A DNA stretch of 64,000 nt from Squalus acanthias (GCA_030390025.1 CM059430.1:11594001-11658000), one strand, 5' to 3'; shown: positions 1 through 13,948, counted from the stretch's first letter. The notes: generated by a model from the letters alone, not told the origin. A program made the numbers and translations.

Positions 1-300
1 TTCCTGATAGTTGTATCCTCTCAGTTCTGGTATCATCCTTCCTGCTCTGTATAGTTCCACACTGAGCATTGCATTTTCCTATTGAACCATTAGAGAGCAC
101 ATTTGAACAACACTTAATGGAAACCGTTTCATTACCAATGGTAGAAGTTCAGTTTTTGCAGTTTATATGGTAAGGATCTCAGGTAATTTTTCCTAGTCAT
201 TGCTTTGCACTGTAATTTCAGTTATTGTTTATTTGTATTCATAATCACCCATTCTTTGTATGTATTCCTGAAAGGTACCATTTGATGCAGATATGAAAAG
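1..300 (-). mobile_element. Old CR1-type LINE ORF2 relic
   Basis: Minus strand reads GRMIPELRGYNYQE, resembling the RMIPG.GL.YEERL block of CR1 copies elsewhere in the window. Heavily decayed. Confidence 0.5.
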
Positions 301-2439
301 AGGGAAAATCAGAGAGAGTCCATTGCAGGATGGTCTGGTGTCCAGATTGAGATTGGCACTCGCAGTTTCCCAGTTGCCTACCTTCTCTGTCACCGGGTAA
401 GCAATGCATGACATGGGAATGCCCTTTTATCTCTATTGTTGTAGTCAAAATAATCAATTGTACGGAAGCAAAATAATGTAGATATTAAATAGAGTTTTGG
501 AGAAGAAATAGAAGACCACTGGTTAGACCACTGCAGATCTGGAAAAAACCGAGCAGCCGCCTAGTTTATTCCCAATTTGGCATTGGGGTCCTGATAACAG
601 GCACAAGATATCCCAGCCCAATTTAGTGTCTTTTCCCCTTATTTTACACCTGAAAAACCAATGAAATTAGGTTGAATTTCTCCCCCTTGACTCATGTTTC
701 AACTCAGGCTTTCTCCCAACACTCTTTATTCGTGTTCGTAGCAAAAGCTAATTTACATAGCAGACCTGCGTCTTTTTAATCTGAAGCTTAAAAACCTCTA
801 CATACTGTGAATGGGTAGCACGATGCAGGACTAACTATTAATTTTTAACCACATGTGGGTTCACCACCATACACTTCTGTTCACTCCAAAAAATGGAAAA
901 TACCACACTATCAGACTATCATTCAGGTTAAAACTAGTAATTGGGTCAATTTACAAGAAATATGATTACACAGAAGAATAAAGACTGCAGCAAGTAATCA
1001 GCATACAGTATTCGACCTACAAGATAGGTAAACTGCTCTGAGACAAAATAATGAGTCCAGAATCTTGGTGTTCTTTTCACAGTCTTTTAACAGAATCTTT
1101 GGTGAACGCAATGTGGTGTTCAGCTCCATAGAGTCCCACCCGCTGCCACAACATGGAAACAGGCCAGGAAACAGGAAGCTACGGTGTGGGTGAAATTGGT
1201 CCTTGATGGTAATGCCAAACGGGCAAGAGTGAATCGGCAGCCTGTTTACAAAGACAGTTGAGCGGCGGGATGTAAAACGGGCTTCTGATTCACCCCCAGG
1301 GAAACCAATATTGCTTGTATAATTCAAAAGGTCAGTTTTGACATAAAAGATCTAAGTTCTTTCCCAGAAATAGGCAATCAATTTTAGGTTTCAATTAGAC
1401 AGGATGTGAATCGTAGTCTCTTGGCTCGCTGTTGAAATGTTTGTTCATGGATGTACGCCTAATGCCTAAAACAAAGCGCATCGGAATTTTGACCAGCAGC
1501 CACTCTTTTGATGGCCGCAGCAATGAAGGGACCAGAAGTAGGGGCGGAGATTGCTTCCACCTGATCTCCATTCATAATGCACTTCATGCGCATTTTCAGT
1601 TAGTTGGGACTTGGGCACAGGAAACTCTCACTGAATTCATTGGTCCATATTTCCTGCAATGGTGCGATCGGCGACGTACACCATAAATTCCGTCAATCAT
1701 AGTGCGTCAATCTCGCCATTGATAACTTACTCCATATTTTCCTGCATTTCGAATTAGAATCGGAATAGGTACAGCCAATAGCCAATGCTTATCAGCTTTT
1801 CGTAACCTGAGACACTGGTTGAATCCCATCTAAGCTCCTCTTCTGATGACGATGTGATTCCGACATATTGCCCGTTGATGAGGTGCCAGCCTCAGTATCT
1901 TGCTGCTGTATTTTAGCTGTTGTTAAAGGATCTCCAAGCTCCTCACATTAACCCATGGAGTACATTCATTGAGTTTGGAATGCTATGCATTCTTTTAGTG
2001 TTTAGAGATTTTTGAAGGAACATTCGGGGATGATGACGGAATTGCAATGCCTATGTACTGCTGATTGCTTTGATTGAAAACTAAATATTTGTGTGAGGCA
2101 TCAAATGACCTGGTTGTTGCAAAATACTTCACTGCTTGATAAACTGCATTGACTGGTTATTTAAATCTTAGATGGAGAAGGGTTTCATTATAGAACTATA
2201 TAATGCCTGTGTTGAATGGACGCTTTGAAATAAAACAGATTCTTTTAAAGTTACCGGGAGCTGAGCAAATGAGCTCAGGCCAACTGGAAAACATGTTTAA
2301 TGTTTTAAAAAACAATCTTAGAGCAATAGGTCACGGCACTGCCAGGGCACCAGCACCAATATTTTTCAGTTCAGGTAGCAATCACGTGAAAACTGGTATT
2401 AATCAAGGAAAATCATGATCGCCATTGATTTTATGGTTA

Positions 2440-2700
2440 GTCCTACCTTGGCTGGCCTGGTGAGCTCCCTAAACTACTTCCTCACTTGCAGCCAGCTCCT
2501 CTTTCAAAAGGACAGTGAGTTTTGGCAGGCTATTTGACTGTAGGGGCATCGCAACTGTGCCTGATCCTGTCTTCCTCCAATATCCACGCATGCACACTTT
2601 ACAGCAAGGGGGTCCCTGGATAATGATCGGAAGTGAAATACCTGAATGATTTTTCCCCTCCCAAAGCCAGGGACACAAAGGACGATTGTAGTCTCTTTGC
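2440..2700 (-). mobile_element. Old AmnSINE2-like SINE fragment
   Basis: Reverse complement has GGGAGGGGAAAAATCATTCAGG...TCCGATCATTATCCAGGGACCCC...GACAGGATCAGGC, matching the copies at 34855 and 39200. Confidence 0.5.
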
Positions 2701-3445
2701 TGAGGGTTCCTGCCAGATTTACCAATGCTTCTACAGTTTTATACAGTCTGTAAATAGGTTTAAGTGTAAAAATTATTAAAATCCTGAATTTACTCTGTTC
2801 ATTTCTGTGGAATCCAATTCTGGTTTGTGTAATAAGATTATTTTTCAGTCTCTACACAAAATGAGCGCCTCAGTGGCTAGTTAATGCCTCCTGTTATCAC
2901 TTTTACAAATGCTAATCCTTTCATTATTCTGCTAAATGTGTCAGTTTATCACATTATAATTCACTGGTACTGAGTCTGGACAGTGTAAATGTTACAGTTT
3001 GACCCTCTCTCTTAATCTCTTTAAAATGCCTGAAATTGTCTCTGTTAGGTTCGATCTTCATCTCTTCAAATATTACGATGGCATACTGCAAAAGGTTAAT
3101 ACAAATTTCAGTGTATATCACAGATAAATGTCCATGGAAAACTGGTTATATGTTGAAAAAGGTACAACACTATGTGCAAAGGTACTTCCTGGTCACTGGA
3201 GGATTTTATGTAACTAGTACATACACACACTGAATCTCTTCCATCCCCCCTCATGTGGCACCATCCAAATTTTCCTTCCGCACCCATGATCCCAGCCCTG
3301 AGTTAAAATCGGGGCTTACAGAACAGCAGGGCCCATTGTGCCTGCACTGGCCCCCTACCCTTGCTTTACACTCCTTTACATTTTTCTTTTTCAAATATTT
3401 ATCCACTTCCCATTTAAAAGCTATTATGTTTTCTGCCTCTATCTT

Positions 3446-3703
3446 TGGGAGCGATTTTAACCCTACTCGCTAAGCAGAAACCTGGCGGGTGGACAGTTAA
3501 AATCGCCCTGGCTCTTACCTGTCCAAAAGCCACCATGATCACAACATCTGCAATTTTAACCTGCTCTCCTGAGCAGGCAGCAAGGACACACGCCCGGAGC
3601 CAACAGGGTCCTTCTTTACATATTGCGATGACATCGTTGAGACCCGACTGAAATTTTAACTCAGGGCTGAGCGGGGAATCCACCTGGAGTTAAAATCGGG
3701 GCC
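3446..3703. mobile_element. Harbinger-like non-autonomous element relic
   Basis: Imperfect termini GGGAGCGATTTTAAC ... GTTAAAATCGGGGCC with internal repeats of (G)TTAAAATC. Confidence 0.45.
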
Positions 3704-3749
3704 AACTGGTAAGGCACTATTGTGTCCTAATTACCTTCTGCGTCCTGCC

Positions 3750-4192
3750 TCCTGCCTTAATTCTTTTAGAGATGACCTTAAATTTATGCTCTCTAGATAC
3801 CAACTCACCAACCCGTGGAAATAGCTTTCCCCTCTTTAACTTTTCAAAACCCTTCGTAAGTTTGAATACCTCTATCAGATCTTGGAATGGGGGAAATATT
3901 AAGAGGAATTCTCCAAGCTCCCCCCCCTCCCCTCCCTGATCTAATCTTGGCCTCAATTCCACTTTCCCGCCCACTCCCCATAACCCTTGACTCCCCTGTA
4001 GCTCAAATATCTGTCTATCTCCGCGTTGAATATATTCAGTGACCCCCACCTCCACAGCTCTCTGGGGAAGAGAATTCCAAAGATTCACGACCCTCTGAGA
4101 GAAGAAATTCCTCTTCATCTCCATCTTAAATGGACGACCCCTTATTCTGAAACTATGCCCCCTAGTTCTAGATTCCCCCACGAGGGGAAACA
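3750..4192 (-). mobile_element. Two CR1 LINE 3' fragments
   Basis: ORF 3717..4193 translates to FPLVGESRTRGHS...RNFFSQRVVNLWNSLP and DLIEVFK, matching the CR1 ORF2 C-terminus. Confidence 0.85.
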
Positions 4193-4357
4193 CTTAGTTA
4201 TTTCTACACCATTCATAGAATATGATTGCCATTTAGGTCAAGTGGCATTATAATAATATCACATGTAAATACTGTGGTTACGTTGTAGAGACACATCCTG
4301 TATGATCCCCAAACCAACTCAGCACCAGACACACACACCTTTTCAAAGCATAATAAG

Positions 4358-4462
4358 CAATGTTCCCTTTAATTTTTTTTAGGTGCGTGGCCCATTCAAA
4401 TTTCTGCGCGTGCGCGGTTTTTCCTATTGTAAAGCTGGCAAGCGGCCTACGCAGGAACATTG
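4358..4462. mobile_element. hAT-type MITE (internally deleted copy)
   Basis: TIR CAATGTTCC/GGAACATTG; 8-bp TSD ATAATAAG/ATAACAAG; homologous to 20153-20321. Confidence 0.8.
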
Positions 4463-4479
4463 ATAACAAGTGCTTTAAG

Positions 4480-4912
4480 TGTTTGCTTGGTTCAGTGGTA
4501 ATATCCTTGCCTCTGGGTCAATGGTTGGTGGGGTTAAGCCCCTCTAGAGGACTTGAGTTTGTAATCTACGCTGACATTTCAGTGCAGTACTGAAGGAGTG
4601 CTGCATTGTCAGAGGTGGCGGCTTTTGGATGAGATATGAAAACGAGGCTCCGTTTGTTCAGGGGGATGTAAAAGATCCCATGGTGCTATTTGAAGTAGAG
4701 CTGGGGAATTCTCCTCGTATCCATCAACACCCCGCCCCCCCCAAAAAAAAACCCCAGAACAACTGGTCCTTTATCTCATTGCTGTTTGTGGGATCTTCCT
4801 GTGTGCAAATTGGCTGCTGTGTTTGCCTACACAAAAACAGTGACTACACTTTCAAAGATAATTCATTTCAAACATCCTGAGGGGATGAAAGCTGCAAAAT
4901 AAACGCAAGTTT
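4480..4912 (+). mobile_element. DeuSINE (SacSINE1-like)
   Basis: tRNA-like head, Deu core GATGAGAT..AAACGAGG..AAAGATCCCATGG, L2-like tail. Confidence 0.8.
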
Positions 4913-4985
4913 TAAAAAAAATTTCCAGCATTTTTAAAATAAATGGTGTAAACTTCATATTCTTAGGTCAGAATGTGGAGGTTAT

Positions 4986-5862
4986 GGCCGGAATTTTGCC
5001 AGCGCTCAGGGGGTGGGTTTGGAGACGGGACATCCAGCAAAATCGCAAAGATTGACAGCGGGTCAGAAATCCGCTGTCAATCCACCTCCAATCAATCTTC
5101 CCAAGTGTCGGGTCCCCGATTTGCACATGGACCCGACACCAAGCGGTGGGAAGAGGATTATAGGCACTTAACTGCTTGCTAACAAGTTGTTAACAGGCAG
5201 TTAAGAGGCTTTTTGCAATTTTGACAGGTCTACTGCGGGCTTCCCGATGTCCGGACACCACACCAGGTAAGTGTGGTGTGCTGTGGGTCTACTGTAATGT
5301 TTCTGCATTGATGACAGCTGCAGAAGTGGTGTGAAGGATCCAATGGTACACTGGTGAGTTTCAGAGGTAAGAAGATGTTGGGAAAATAATTTTTAATGCA
5401 CTTACACTTTTCTGTAGGTGACAACTTTTGGATTGTGTGTGTAGTCCCACCTCATTGGGAGAACCTCGCTCACCAGTGACAGATCGATTCTGTAACCTCA
5501 CCTGCAGCTGCCATCTGTTCTAGCCTAAGGAGGGAGTCACTGGAGAGCCTGGGTCCAAGGGCTCACCTGTGAACAGTGATTGTCAGTGTTTGCAGCACCT
5601 CAATGCTGTCAAACACTGAAAAATCAGCTGTCAAAAAAAATTGTGCGTGGCCCCTTTAAGAAAACCGCCAGATGACGCATCATCCACAGACGTCATCTGA
5701 CACTGGCTTCCTCTTAATAGGCCGGCAAGCCCGCAAGGTGGGCTTAACAAGGCCAATTGGCGCAAAATCGCGTCTGTGCGTCTGATGTCGTTGGGGGCGG
5801 GACTGGAACCCGGAAGGCAGCTGTCCCGCCCCCAAGACGCATCGATAGGAAAAATCGCGGCC
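4986..5862. mobile_element. Harbinger-like non-autonomous element (possibly composite)
   Basis: Termini GGCCGGAATTTT ... AAAATCGCGGCC; CpG-rich ends with CCCTTTAAG and GACGTCA motifs as in the other MITEs; no clean TSD. Confidence 0.5.
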
Positions 5863-6556
5863 AAAGTTTCTGTAATTTTGCATTCCTATAATCATATCCA
5901 TCACGATGTATCTAAAGCATTTCACCCAGTAACAGCAAGGGACACAAACCAATAAAAAGACAAAGCACTTTCTACATATTAAAAGAAATGGATTCTAGGA
6001 GAACAATTGTAGACATGTCTGCCAACCTCCATTATTTTGGTGGCTCAATGTAAAGAGTGGCTCTGCCACACATGTGCCTAATGCATCTCAAGACTATATA
6101 GCCTAGATTTTCTGCTATGACTCCAGTTTACAGCCGAATGGTTTGAAATGGGTGTCACACAGACGGAAATGGAAGTGTGCTATTTGCACCCGATTTTCCA
6201 AGGTTAGCTCATTACAATTACACATAGCTTCCAGTGCAGATGTTGACAGGTGCAGAGAGCATATTCATGGTGGAAACAGAAACTTGCATGTACGTGAATT
6301 TTAAAGGGATACAGACAATTAAAAGGAAGTGTTAAATAGGGGGACAGAAATTCGTACAGCATTAGGAAAGGCTTGGAAAAGGCTTTTAAACCCATTAGCT
6401 TCCTTTGCCAAGGCTGAAGGGGGAGATGGCAAAGAAGTGATGGGCAAAAATGAAGAGGAATGCAATCCAAGGTGAAGGCATAAGCCTATAGGCAAGGGAC
6501 TGAGCAGCCCAGCACCTGACCTCAAGTTTGATGGCTGCATAAGGTGGCTGCCAGAA

Positions 6557-6987
6557 TTATATAGGATTACATAGGATATACGGCACAGAAACAGGCCATT
6601 CGGCCCAACCAGTCCATGCTGGAGTTTATGCTCCACTCGAGCCTCCTCCTGTCTTTCCTCATCTAAACCTATCAGCATAACCCTCTATTCCCTTCTCCCT
6701 CATATGCTTATCTAGCCTCCTGTTAAATGCATCTATACTATTCGCCTCAACCACTCCCTGTGGTAATGAGTTCCACATTCTCACAATTCTCTGGGTAAAG
6801 AAGTTTCTTCTGAATTCCCTATTTGATTTCTTGGTGACTATCTTATATTGATGGCCTCTCGTTTTGCTCTTCCCCACAAGTGGAAACACACTCTATGTCT
6901 ATTCTATCAAAACCTTTCATAATTTTGAAGACCTCTATTAAATCACCGCTCAGCCTTCTCCTAGCCTGTTCATCCTTTCCTGATAGA
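6557..6987 (-). mobile_element. CR1 LINE 3' end
   Basis: ORF 6659..6889 reads RRNFFTQRIVRMWNSLP, followed by the 3' UTR and a short repeated tail. Confidence 0.9.
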
Positions 6988-8359
6988 ATGCTTGTCCTAT
7001 GTGTCAATCAATGGCCAGCATTGCAACATGCCTGAAAGGAGTTACAGGCCTGCAGCTGACCACTGATGTGCTAGCCCTGTATTGTATGCAGCTGTCCTTG
7101 CATATAGCTATGCATTTGGCTTCTTGATGCCCCTGATTCCCTAGCAATCCTAGATGGCCATTTCACATGGAATGATGTGTTGCACCATCAAAATTTCAAA
7201 AAATAGTGTTCAGGTTAGCTCCGCCCCTAAATTAATATTTAAATTAAGTGCCCACCTGTTTGAGGTGGGTGCTTCTATCGGCAGCATTCCCCATCCACAG
7301 GGAATTGCATGTGATGCGAAGTGAGCGGTGATCCAGTGTGATGGAACTTCACCCAGTTTTCCAATACAGTTCGCCCAATTAAATTGAGTGGAAAAATCAA
7401 GGCTTATAACTCCAACCAGTATTCTTTATGTAAGGAATCCCGTTGACTGTTCATTATTCTATATGCACCATATTCTCTTGATTCCATTACTCTACCTGTA
7501 ATGTATCTCCCTTAACTATCCACTATTCTACATGTTGTGTATCCTCCCATGATTATCCCTCATTCTATATATAATTGTTCCTTTGCCCCTCCCAAATCAA
7601 GGTCACCAATTTTACCCAAGTAAGACATCTTTATTCCTTAATTAATATTCACTTTGTGTTCTAATCTTCTGTTCACTGATCCCCAGTGGTTGATATAAAG
7701 TGGAAACTACATAGAGCATATTTAGTAGATGTGCTGTCTGTCTCAATGTATTACTTCTCCACTGGAATTACTCAAACCATTTAGTAATTACTTGTAGCTT
7801 TTTGTGTTGTGTTAACTCTTTTCCCATGTGTATCAAAGATTTATTTAAATTCACAAGAATCCAACTATTCCCAAAATCTTTCTTTCCAAAATACGTTCTT
7901 CCTTTTTCTCTTGTGTAAGCACAATCAACCCAATCCTTTCAGTGTCAGCAAGTACTTCCATCCATCAGAATGGAATTTCTATCCAATGTTTTCATGCAAG
8001 AATAGAAAACATCTTTTTGGATAAATGTTTCACTCAGAAAGATGATGGGTGTTAGTGCTATGGAATCAAATATTTTCCACATTTTTGCAACTGGTGACGG
8101 CCCTAATCACTCTCAGGTTCAATGTTGGGTAATGCCCTCTCTGTGCTGCCCAACAATGGACCCACCATGTTATAGTTAACTAGTGCTCTCACTTCATTCA
8201 AATCATAGAGCACCATTTCATATATACTGGCATCGGAGCCTACACATGCAGAGATGTGTGGAAAGCTTTGGACAGGAGTGGATTGCTTGCTTCACCTGCT
8301 CACCTAGTTACTGGTGCAAGTTTACCAATTTGAGGGGGAGGGGTTGAACTTGGCCATGT

Positions 8360-9292
8360 CCTTCTTTTTAGGCAGTCCCTCGGAACCGAGGATGACTTGC
8401 TTCCACATTAAAAATGAGTTCTCAGGTGACTGATGAGTCCAATGCGGGACCTACAGTCTCTGTCACAGGTGGGGCAGACGATGGTTGAAGGGGCGGGTGG
8501 GTGGTGTGCTTGGGTTGACGTGCGCTCCTAGCGCTGCTTGCGCTTGGCTTCCGCTTGCTCCCAGCGAAGAGACTCGAGGTGTTCGGCGCCTTCCCAGATG
8601 CTTCTCCTCCACTTTGTGCGGTCTTGGGCCAGGGATTCCCAGGTGTCGGTGGGGATGTTGCACTTTTTCAAGGAGGCTTTGAGGGTGTCCTTGAAGCGTT
8701 TCCTCTGCCCACCTGGGGCTCTCTTGCCGTGTCGGAGCTCCGAGTAGAGCGCTTGTTTTGGGAGTCTCGTATCGGGCATGCGGACGATGTGACCCGTCCA
8801 TCGGAGCTGATCGAGCGTGGTCAAAGCTTCGATGCTGGGGATGTTGGCCTGAGCGAGAACACTGACGTTAGTGCGCCTATCCTGCCAATGGATTTGCAGG
8901 ATCTTGTGGAGGCAGCGTTGGTGGTATCTCTCCAGTGCTTTGAGGTGCCTGTTGTACATGGTCCATGTCTCTGAGGCATGCAGGAGGGCGAGTATCACTA
9001 CTGCTCTGTAGACCGTGAGCTTAGTGCTGGGTTTGAGGTCCTGGTCTTCAAACACTCTCTTCTTCAGGCGACCGAAAGCTGCACTGGCACACTGAAGGCG
9101 GTGTTGGACTTCGTCATGGACGTCTGACCTTGTTGACAGTAGGCTCCCGAGGTATGGAAAGTGGTCCACGTTGTCCAAGGCCTTGTCATGGATTTTGATA
9201 ATTGGGGGGCAGTACTGTGTGGAGGGGGCAGGTTGGTAGAGGATCTTTGTCTTACGGATGTTTAGTGTAAGGCCCATGCTCTCGTACGCTCG
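8360..9292 (-). mobile_element. RTE-clade LINE, 5'-truncated
   Basis: ORF 8528..9277 (GLTLNIRKTK, FPYLGS, QLRWTGHIVRM); terminal CRSRIGLISHLRTH zinc-finger-like motif; GAA-type tail; TSD TTGGCCATGT/TTGGCCAGGT. Confidence 0.93.
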
Positions 9293-9707
9293 TTGGCCAG
9301 GTAACCAGAGTGTGTTTGTGTTGTGTTCACTTCAGCTGTTCTATTGGAGTTAACACACGATGTCAATGTTTATCCAGACCCAGCAAGTATAATTCCAGTG
9401 GACTCAGTGCAGCCTGATATCATCCTACCAATTTTGTGCCGCAATTCCAGGCATAAATCCAGCACAAAATTGGAGCTATAACAATAAGATGTGCGTCAAC
9501 TGTGTCACATAATGGGCATGTTTATGAAGTGGATTCAGAGCCATTAGAACTGACTTGAAACTGTCCAACTCCTTTCACTTAGGATCCTTGCAGCTAGCAG
9601 AGAGGGCATTTTTATCCCATCAATCTAGAATAGGTTCAACCCCATGTCCCAGTGATTAAAGAACACACCACCACCCACGCACCCCCCACCGCCACTACCA
9701 AATTATT

Positions 9708-10167
9708 TGTCAGCTGTGGCTCAGTTGGTAGCACACTTGCATCTGAGTCAGAAGGTTGTGGGTTCATAGTCCCACTCCAGACACTTGAGCACAAAAATCT
9801 AGGCTGACACTTCAGTACAGCATTGAGGGAGTGCTGCACTGTTGGAGGTGCCATCTTTCAGATGAGATGTTAAACCGAGGCCCCCACAGGTGGACGTTTA
9901 CGATCCCACGGCACTGTTTTGAAGAAGAGCAGGGGAGTTCTCCCCTGTATACTGGCCAATCTTTATCCCTCTGCCAACAACACTAAAAAAACAGATTATC
10001 TGGTCATTATCACATTGCTGTTTGTGGGAGCTTGCTGTGCGCAAATTGGCGGCCACGTTTCCTACATTACAACAGTGACTACACTTCAAAAGTACTTCAT
10101 TGGTTGTAAATTGCTTTGGGATATCCTGAGGTCATGAAAGGCGCTATATAAATGCAAATCTTCCTTT
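9708..10167 (+). mobile_element. Near full-length DeuSINE (SacSINE1-like)
   Basis: A/B-box head (TGGCTCAGTTGG, GGTTCATAGTCC), Deu core, tail GAAAGGCGCTATATAAATGCAA. Confidence 0.9.
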
Positions 10168-10596
10168 AAAAAAAAAAATCACCCCTGTAATAATGAATAA
10201 AGAGATATATTGAATATATTATGTCCAGCAATGCTTTCAGTGTTTTTTTTTACTGTTTAAGTGTTAATGTGCATTTCATTAAGTAGAACTTCAGCTACAG
10301 TTGGAAATGGCCTTTTCCCTGTTTTCTATTTCATATTAAGCCTTAAGATCAAACCAGATGTACAGCAATTCTAAATTAAAAATGAACTGTTAAAAAGTTT
10401 TTAGATCAAACGTTTGTGCCTAAACAATGACACCCCCTACTGGCAAAAAAACAAAAGAAAAAAAGTTGCATTGAGATTAAAGAAATTGTAGCTTTGGAAT
10501 GTTGTTAATTCTCTTGCTCCACTAGAAATGGGAATTTATGTTAAGGGGTTATTAGCTCCTTGTTAATCCTTCTATCCATCCATAAAACATTTTCAT

Positions 10597-11610
10597 GTCA
10601 GTGTGCTAGCTTGGCTCAGTCATGTCCGAGGCAGAAGGTTGTGGGTTTCTGTCCCACTATGAATTTGAGCATATAATCTAGGTTGAGACTCCAGTGCAGT
10701 CTTTAAGGGAATAGTGTATTGTTGGATGTGCCGTCCTTCAGTCTGAGATAGACGAAATGCAAGACGTCTCTACCAGCTTAAGCGAACATAAAAGATTCCA
10801 TAGCACTATTTAAAGAAGAGTAATTTCTTGGCCAATGTCAAACAGTGCCACCAAGAACAATAACGATTTGCATGTATATAGCGCCTTGAACCTCGAAGAA
10901 TGTCCCAAGGTGCTTCACGGAGGCGTAATCAGAAAAAAATGTATGCTGAGACTATTAGGAAGGTGATATTAGGAACGTGACTAAAAGTTTCGTCAAAGAG
11001 GTGGTTTAAAGAGGAGATGGAGGTGGAGATGCAGAGGGGCATAGAAAGTGACTTCCAGAATAAATTAACTGGGTGTTCATTTCATTTGCTATGTGCAAAT
11101 TGGGTACGGTAGCATACTGGTTATGTTACTGGATCAGTAATCCAGAGTCCTGCGCTAATGATCCAGAGACACAAGTTCAAAATCCCACCACGACAACTGG
11201 GGGATTTAATCAATTAATTAAATAAATCTGGAATAGAAAGCTAGTATCAGTAATGGTGACCATGAAACTACCAGATTGTCGTAAAAATCCATCTGGTTCA
11301 CTAATGTCCCTTAGGAAAGAAAATCTGACGTCCTTGCCCGGCCTGGCTTATATGCGATTCCAGACCCACAGCAATGTGGTTGACTCTTAACTGCCCTCTG
11401 AAATTGCCTAGCAAGCCACTCAAGGGCAATTATGGATGGGCAATAAATGCTGGCCTTGCCAGCCACGCCCACATCCCGTGAACGAACTAAAATAAATTCA
11501 CTGACACAGTTATCTAGAGACATTTATCTATGAAGAGAGAGTGACTGTACTTCAAGAGTGCTTTATTTTGTAATATGGTGCTACAAAAATGCAAATTACG
11601 TCTTTCTTTC
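10597..11610 (+). mobile_element. Older DeuSINE split by an L2 3' fragment (about 10855-11060, minus) and a second SINE
   Basis: Head and core at 10597-10855; resumes near 11060 and 11500 with GTGACTGTACTTCAA...AAATGCAA. Confidence 0.6.
11101..11495 (+). mobile_element. tRNA-derived SINE, second family
   Basis: Pol III-like head (TAGCATACTGG, AGTTCAAAATCC). Tail CTCAAGGGCAATTA..GATGGGCAATAAATGCTGGCCTTGCCAGC is shared with the LINE at 51897-52700. Confidence 0.8.
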
Positions 11611-13702
11611 ATAAGAGGATCGCCAGGGGGAAGATGTCCTGTATTTGCTACTTGGGTTGAAATAGCAAACCTGTTTTTTATACTGACGGTGGGATTTCAC
11701 TACCTATAGTCAACAAAGGAACCCCCATCACTATTGCACGCTGCAGTATTAACATTCCTGGAAGTGAGCTTTAACCTAGGTATCTTGGGGTGCAGCAGGT
11801 TGTCCCAGACAGGCAGTTTCAGCCAGGCAGTACCTGGTCTACACACCATGTGCTGAAATCTGAATTCTGCTATTCAGGGATTGCTCTGTGCACGTGTGCT
11901 CAGAGACGTGCAATGAGTGCCTTTCCCACGAGTTAAATTTGAAATGTTTGGGAAGTACAGTTAGCAGTGTCCACATTGTATAAAGATTTAAATTAATTGA
12001 AGGCAGATGTAGAATTTATTCCGGAGTTCCAAGACGACCCTCCACCCCTTCCCTCGCCCAGGCAACTGGTTTGACACCGCCCCGAATTTACACTCCAAAT
12101 GTCAAACAGAAGTGGTGTGACGCTGTTCCATTGAGATTGGGCTCTGACTCCAGATTTACACCATAATCCCTGTGCTTGGCTCCTGGTCCGGCAATGCCTC
12201 AATTTTAAGGCGAGTGTTCTAGATTTTACAAAGGAACTGTTTTTGTGAAAATAAGCGCACTGAGAACTCTACTGACAATCACTGATTGCCTGACGTTAAA
12301 TAGGTCGACTCTAATCAAACTATATAAGGAGCTTCTCTCATTAGGCGATGAGTTGCTATCTCCAGAGGCAGTCTGAGGACTTTGCTATCGTGATTATGTA
12401 TGTACGTTTGACCATAATTGCTGACCTACCAGCTGAATAATTTTCCCAGTTAAGTTTCAATATTTTATGTGAACCCTACTCCTAGTGAGCAGGGTTTTAT
12501 GAAGAAGTCTTCGCCTTCTTAGGGAAACTTTTCAGAAATTTTTTTTTTTTACTTCTGTGTTTCCTCCCTTGGCAATACTGTCGAGTCCAGCTAAAACACA
12601 TGGTCTGGATAAAAGACCGGCCTGTTTTTGCCAAGGCTCATAATAGCTCCCAAACTGATCTTAACCAAATCGCTTTCCTGCCCAGCTCTGAGAGAGAGAG
12701 AGAGAGACGGGGCTCTGAAGGAAGTCACACACAGGATCAAGAGAAAGAGAAATTGGCTTAAAACTATTTGGACACCTCTGCCATGTACTTTGGCTTCTGG
12801 TTCTGTTCCCTCTATGAGTCTCGCTAGCTGCTCGGGGTGGGTTCCTGGAACCTATGTTTGCCAATTTGTTCCCGATGAGACTCTCTTGACAGCTATGATT
12901 TCTCTGGGTGTTCATTGCTGCTGCCTCCCCCTCATGTGGTGAGTGACCCTGTGATCCCCTGTAATCACCTTCACAGTGCCCACTTACCTCATAGGCCAGT
13001 GTCGTGACAGCTATCTGGATCTTGTAACATGCCTGTTAGCTTTTTATGTATTTTGTTAATATACCATTTGTAAATACGACGTATTGCTTGGACTGCTTCA
13101 GGAATAATTGTTAATGCTCTATAAAGGGAAAAAGTAACCCCAAGGGAAAAGCAAAAAATTATCGTTTTTTGTTTTTGAGCCCTGATTACCTGCCCTCTTA
13201 TTATCCACGTTTCAATTTGTCAATGAATTGAACCAGCGGGGGTTCAGGGCTACTGGTCGGATTGCATCTAGCAACGGCTGGGCTGCAATTTTGGTCAGAT
13301 TACACACGCACTTCAAGGATACTTCCATACGCTAGTCATGCTCAGGAATTTGGGTCGGCTTGGGTAGGGTTGTGTCTTTTGTAAAAAATTTACTCAGGAT
13401 AAAGCACCCCGCACCAAATCCTTTGGATCAGGTCAGGTCAAGGATTCAGGTCGGATTGGATTTCACTGTTTTGCTGAGCTTCTTTTTACTGCAGGGCTCA
13501 ACTTCATGTTGAGTTGGGAATTCGGGTCAAACCTTTTTTATTTGTACTGAGTTGCAACTCAATTATCTGTCATTTGTGACTATATGCCAGTAGGGTCCCC
13601 TCCATCATTGTGGGTAATCAAGATTCCACCCTACTTTAAAAATATTGGGATAGGAATTCCAGAGGCCCTGGAATTGTGGCAGGGCAGGATTTCTCAACCT
13701 TT

Positions 13703-13948
13703 GGTGGCCGTGCCTTCTGTTACCTAGGCCCTAAGCTCTGGAATTCCCTGCCTAAACTTCTCTGCCTCTCTGCCCTCCCTTAAGACGCTCCTTAAAACCT
13801 ACCTCTTTGACCAAGCTTTTGGTCACCTGCCCTAATTTCTCCTTATGTGGCTCGGTGTCAAATTTTTTGTCTTATAATACTCCTGTGAAGCGCCTTGGGA
13901 CGTTTTACTACGTTAAAGGCACTATATAAATACAAGTTGTTGTTGTTG
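13703..13948 (+). mobile_element. L2 LINE 3' fragment
   Basis: Closely similar to 45630-45890; (TTG)n tail. Confidence 0.9.

Noticed and set aside
998-1327. 109-aa ORF
   Set aside because: No recognisable domain; it overlaps a decayed palindromic MITE near 1185-1300.
8430-8455. Hammerhead-like CTGATGAGTCC...GGAC (also near 59265)
   Set aside because: No GAAA follows the stem; it is the antisense of the RTE coding motif SRIGLISH.
9708-9780. tRNA gene
   Set aside because: It is a tRNA-derived SINE head continuing into the Deu core; the same holds for the other copies.
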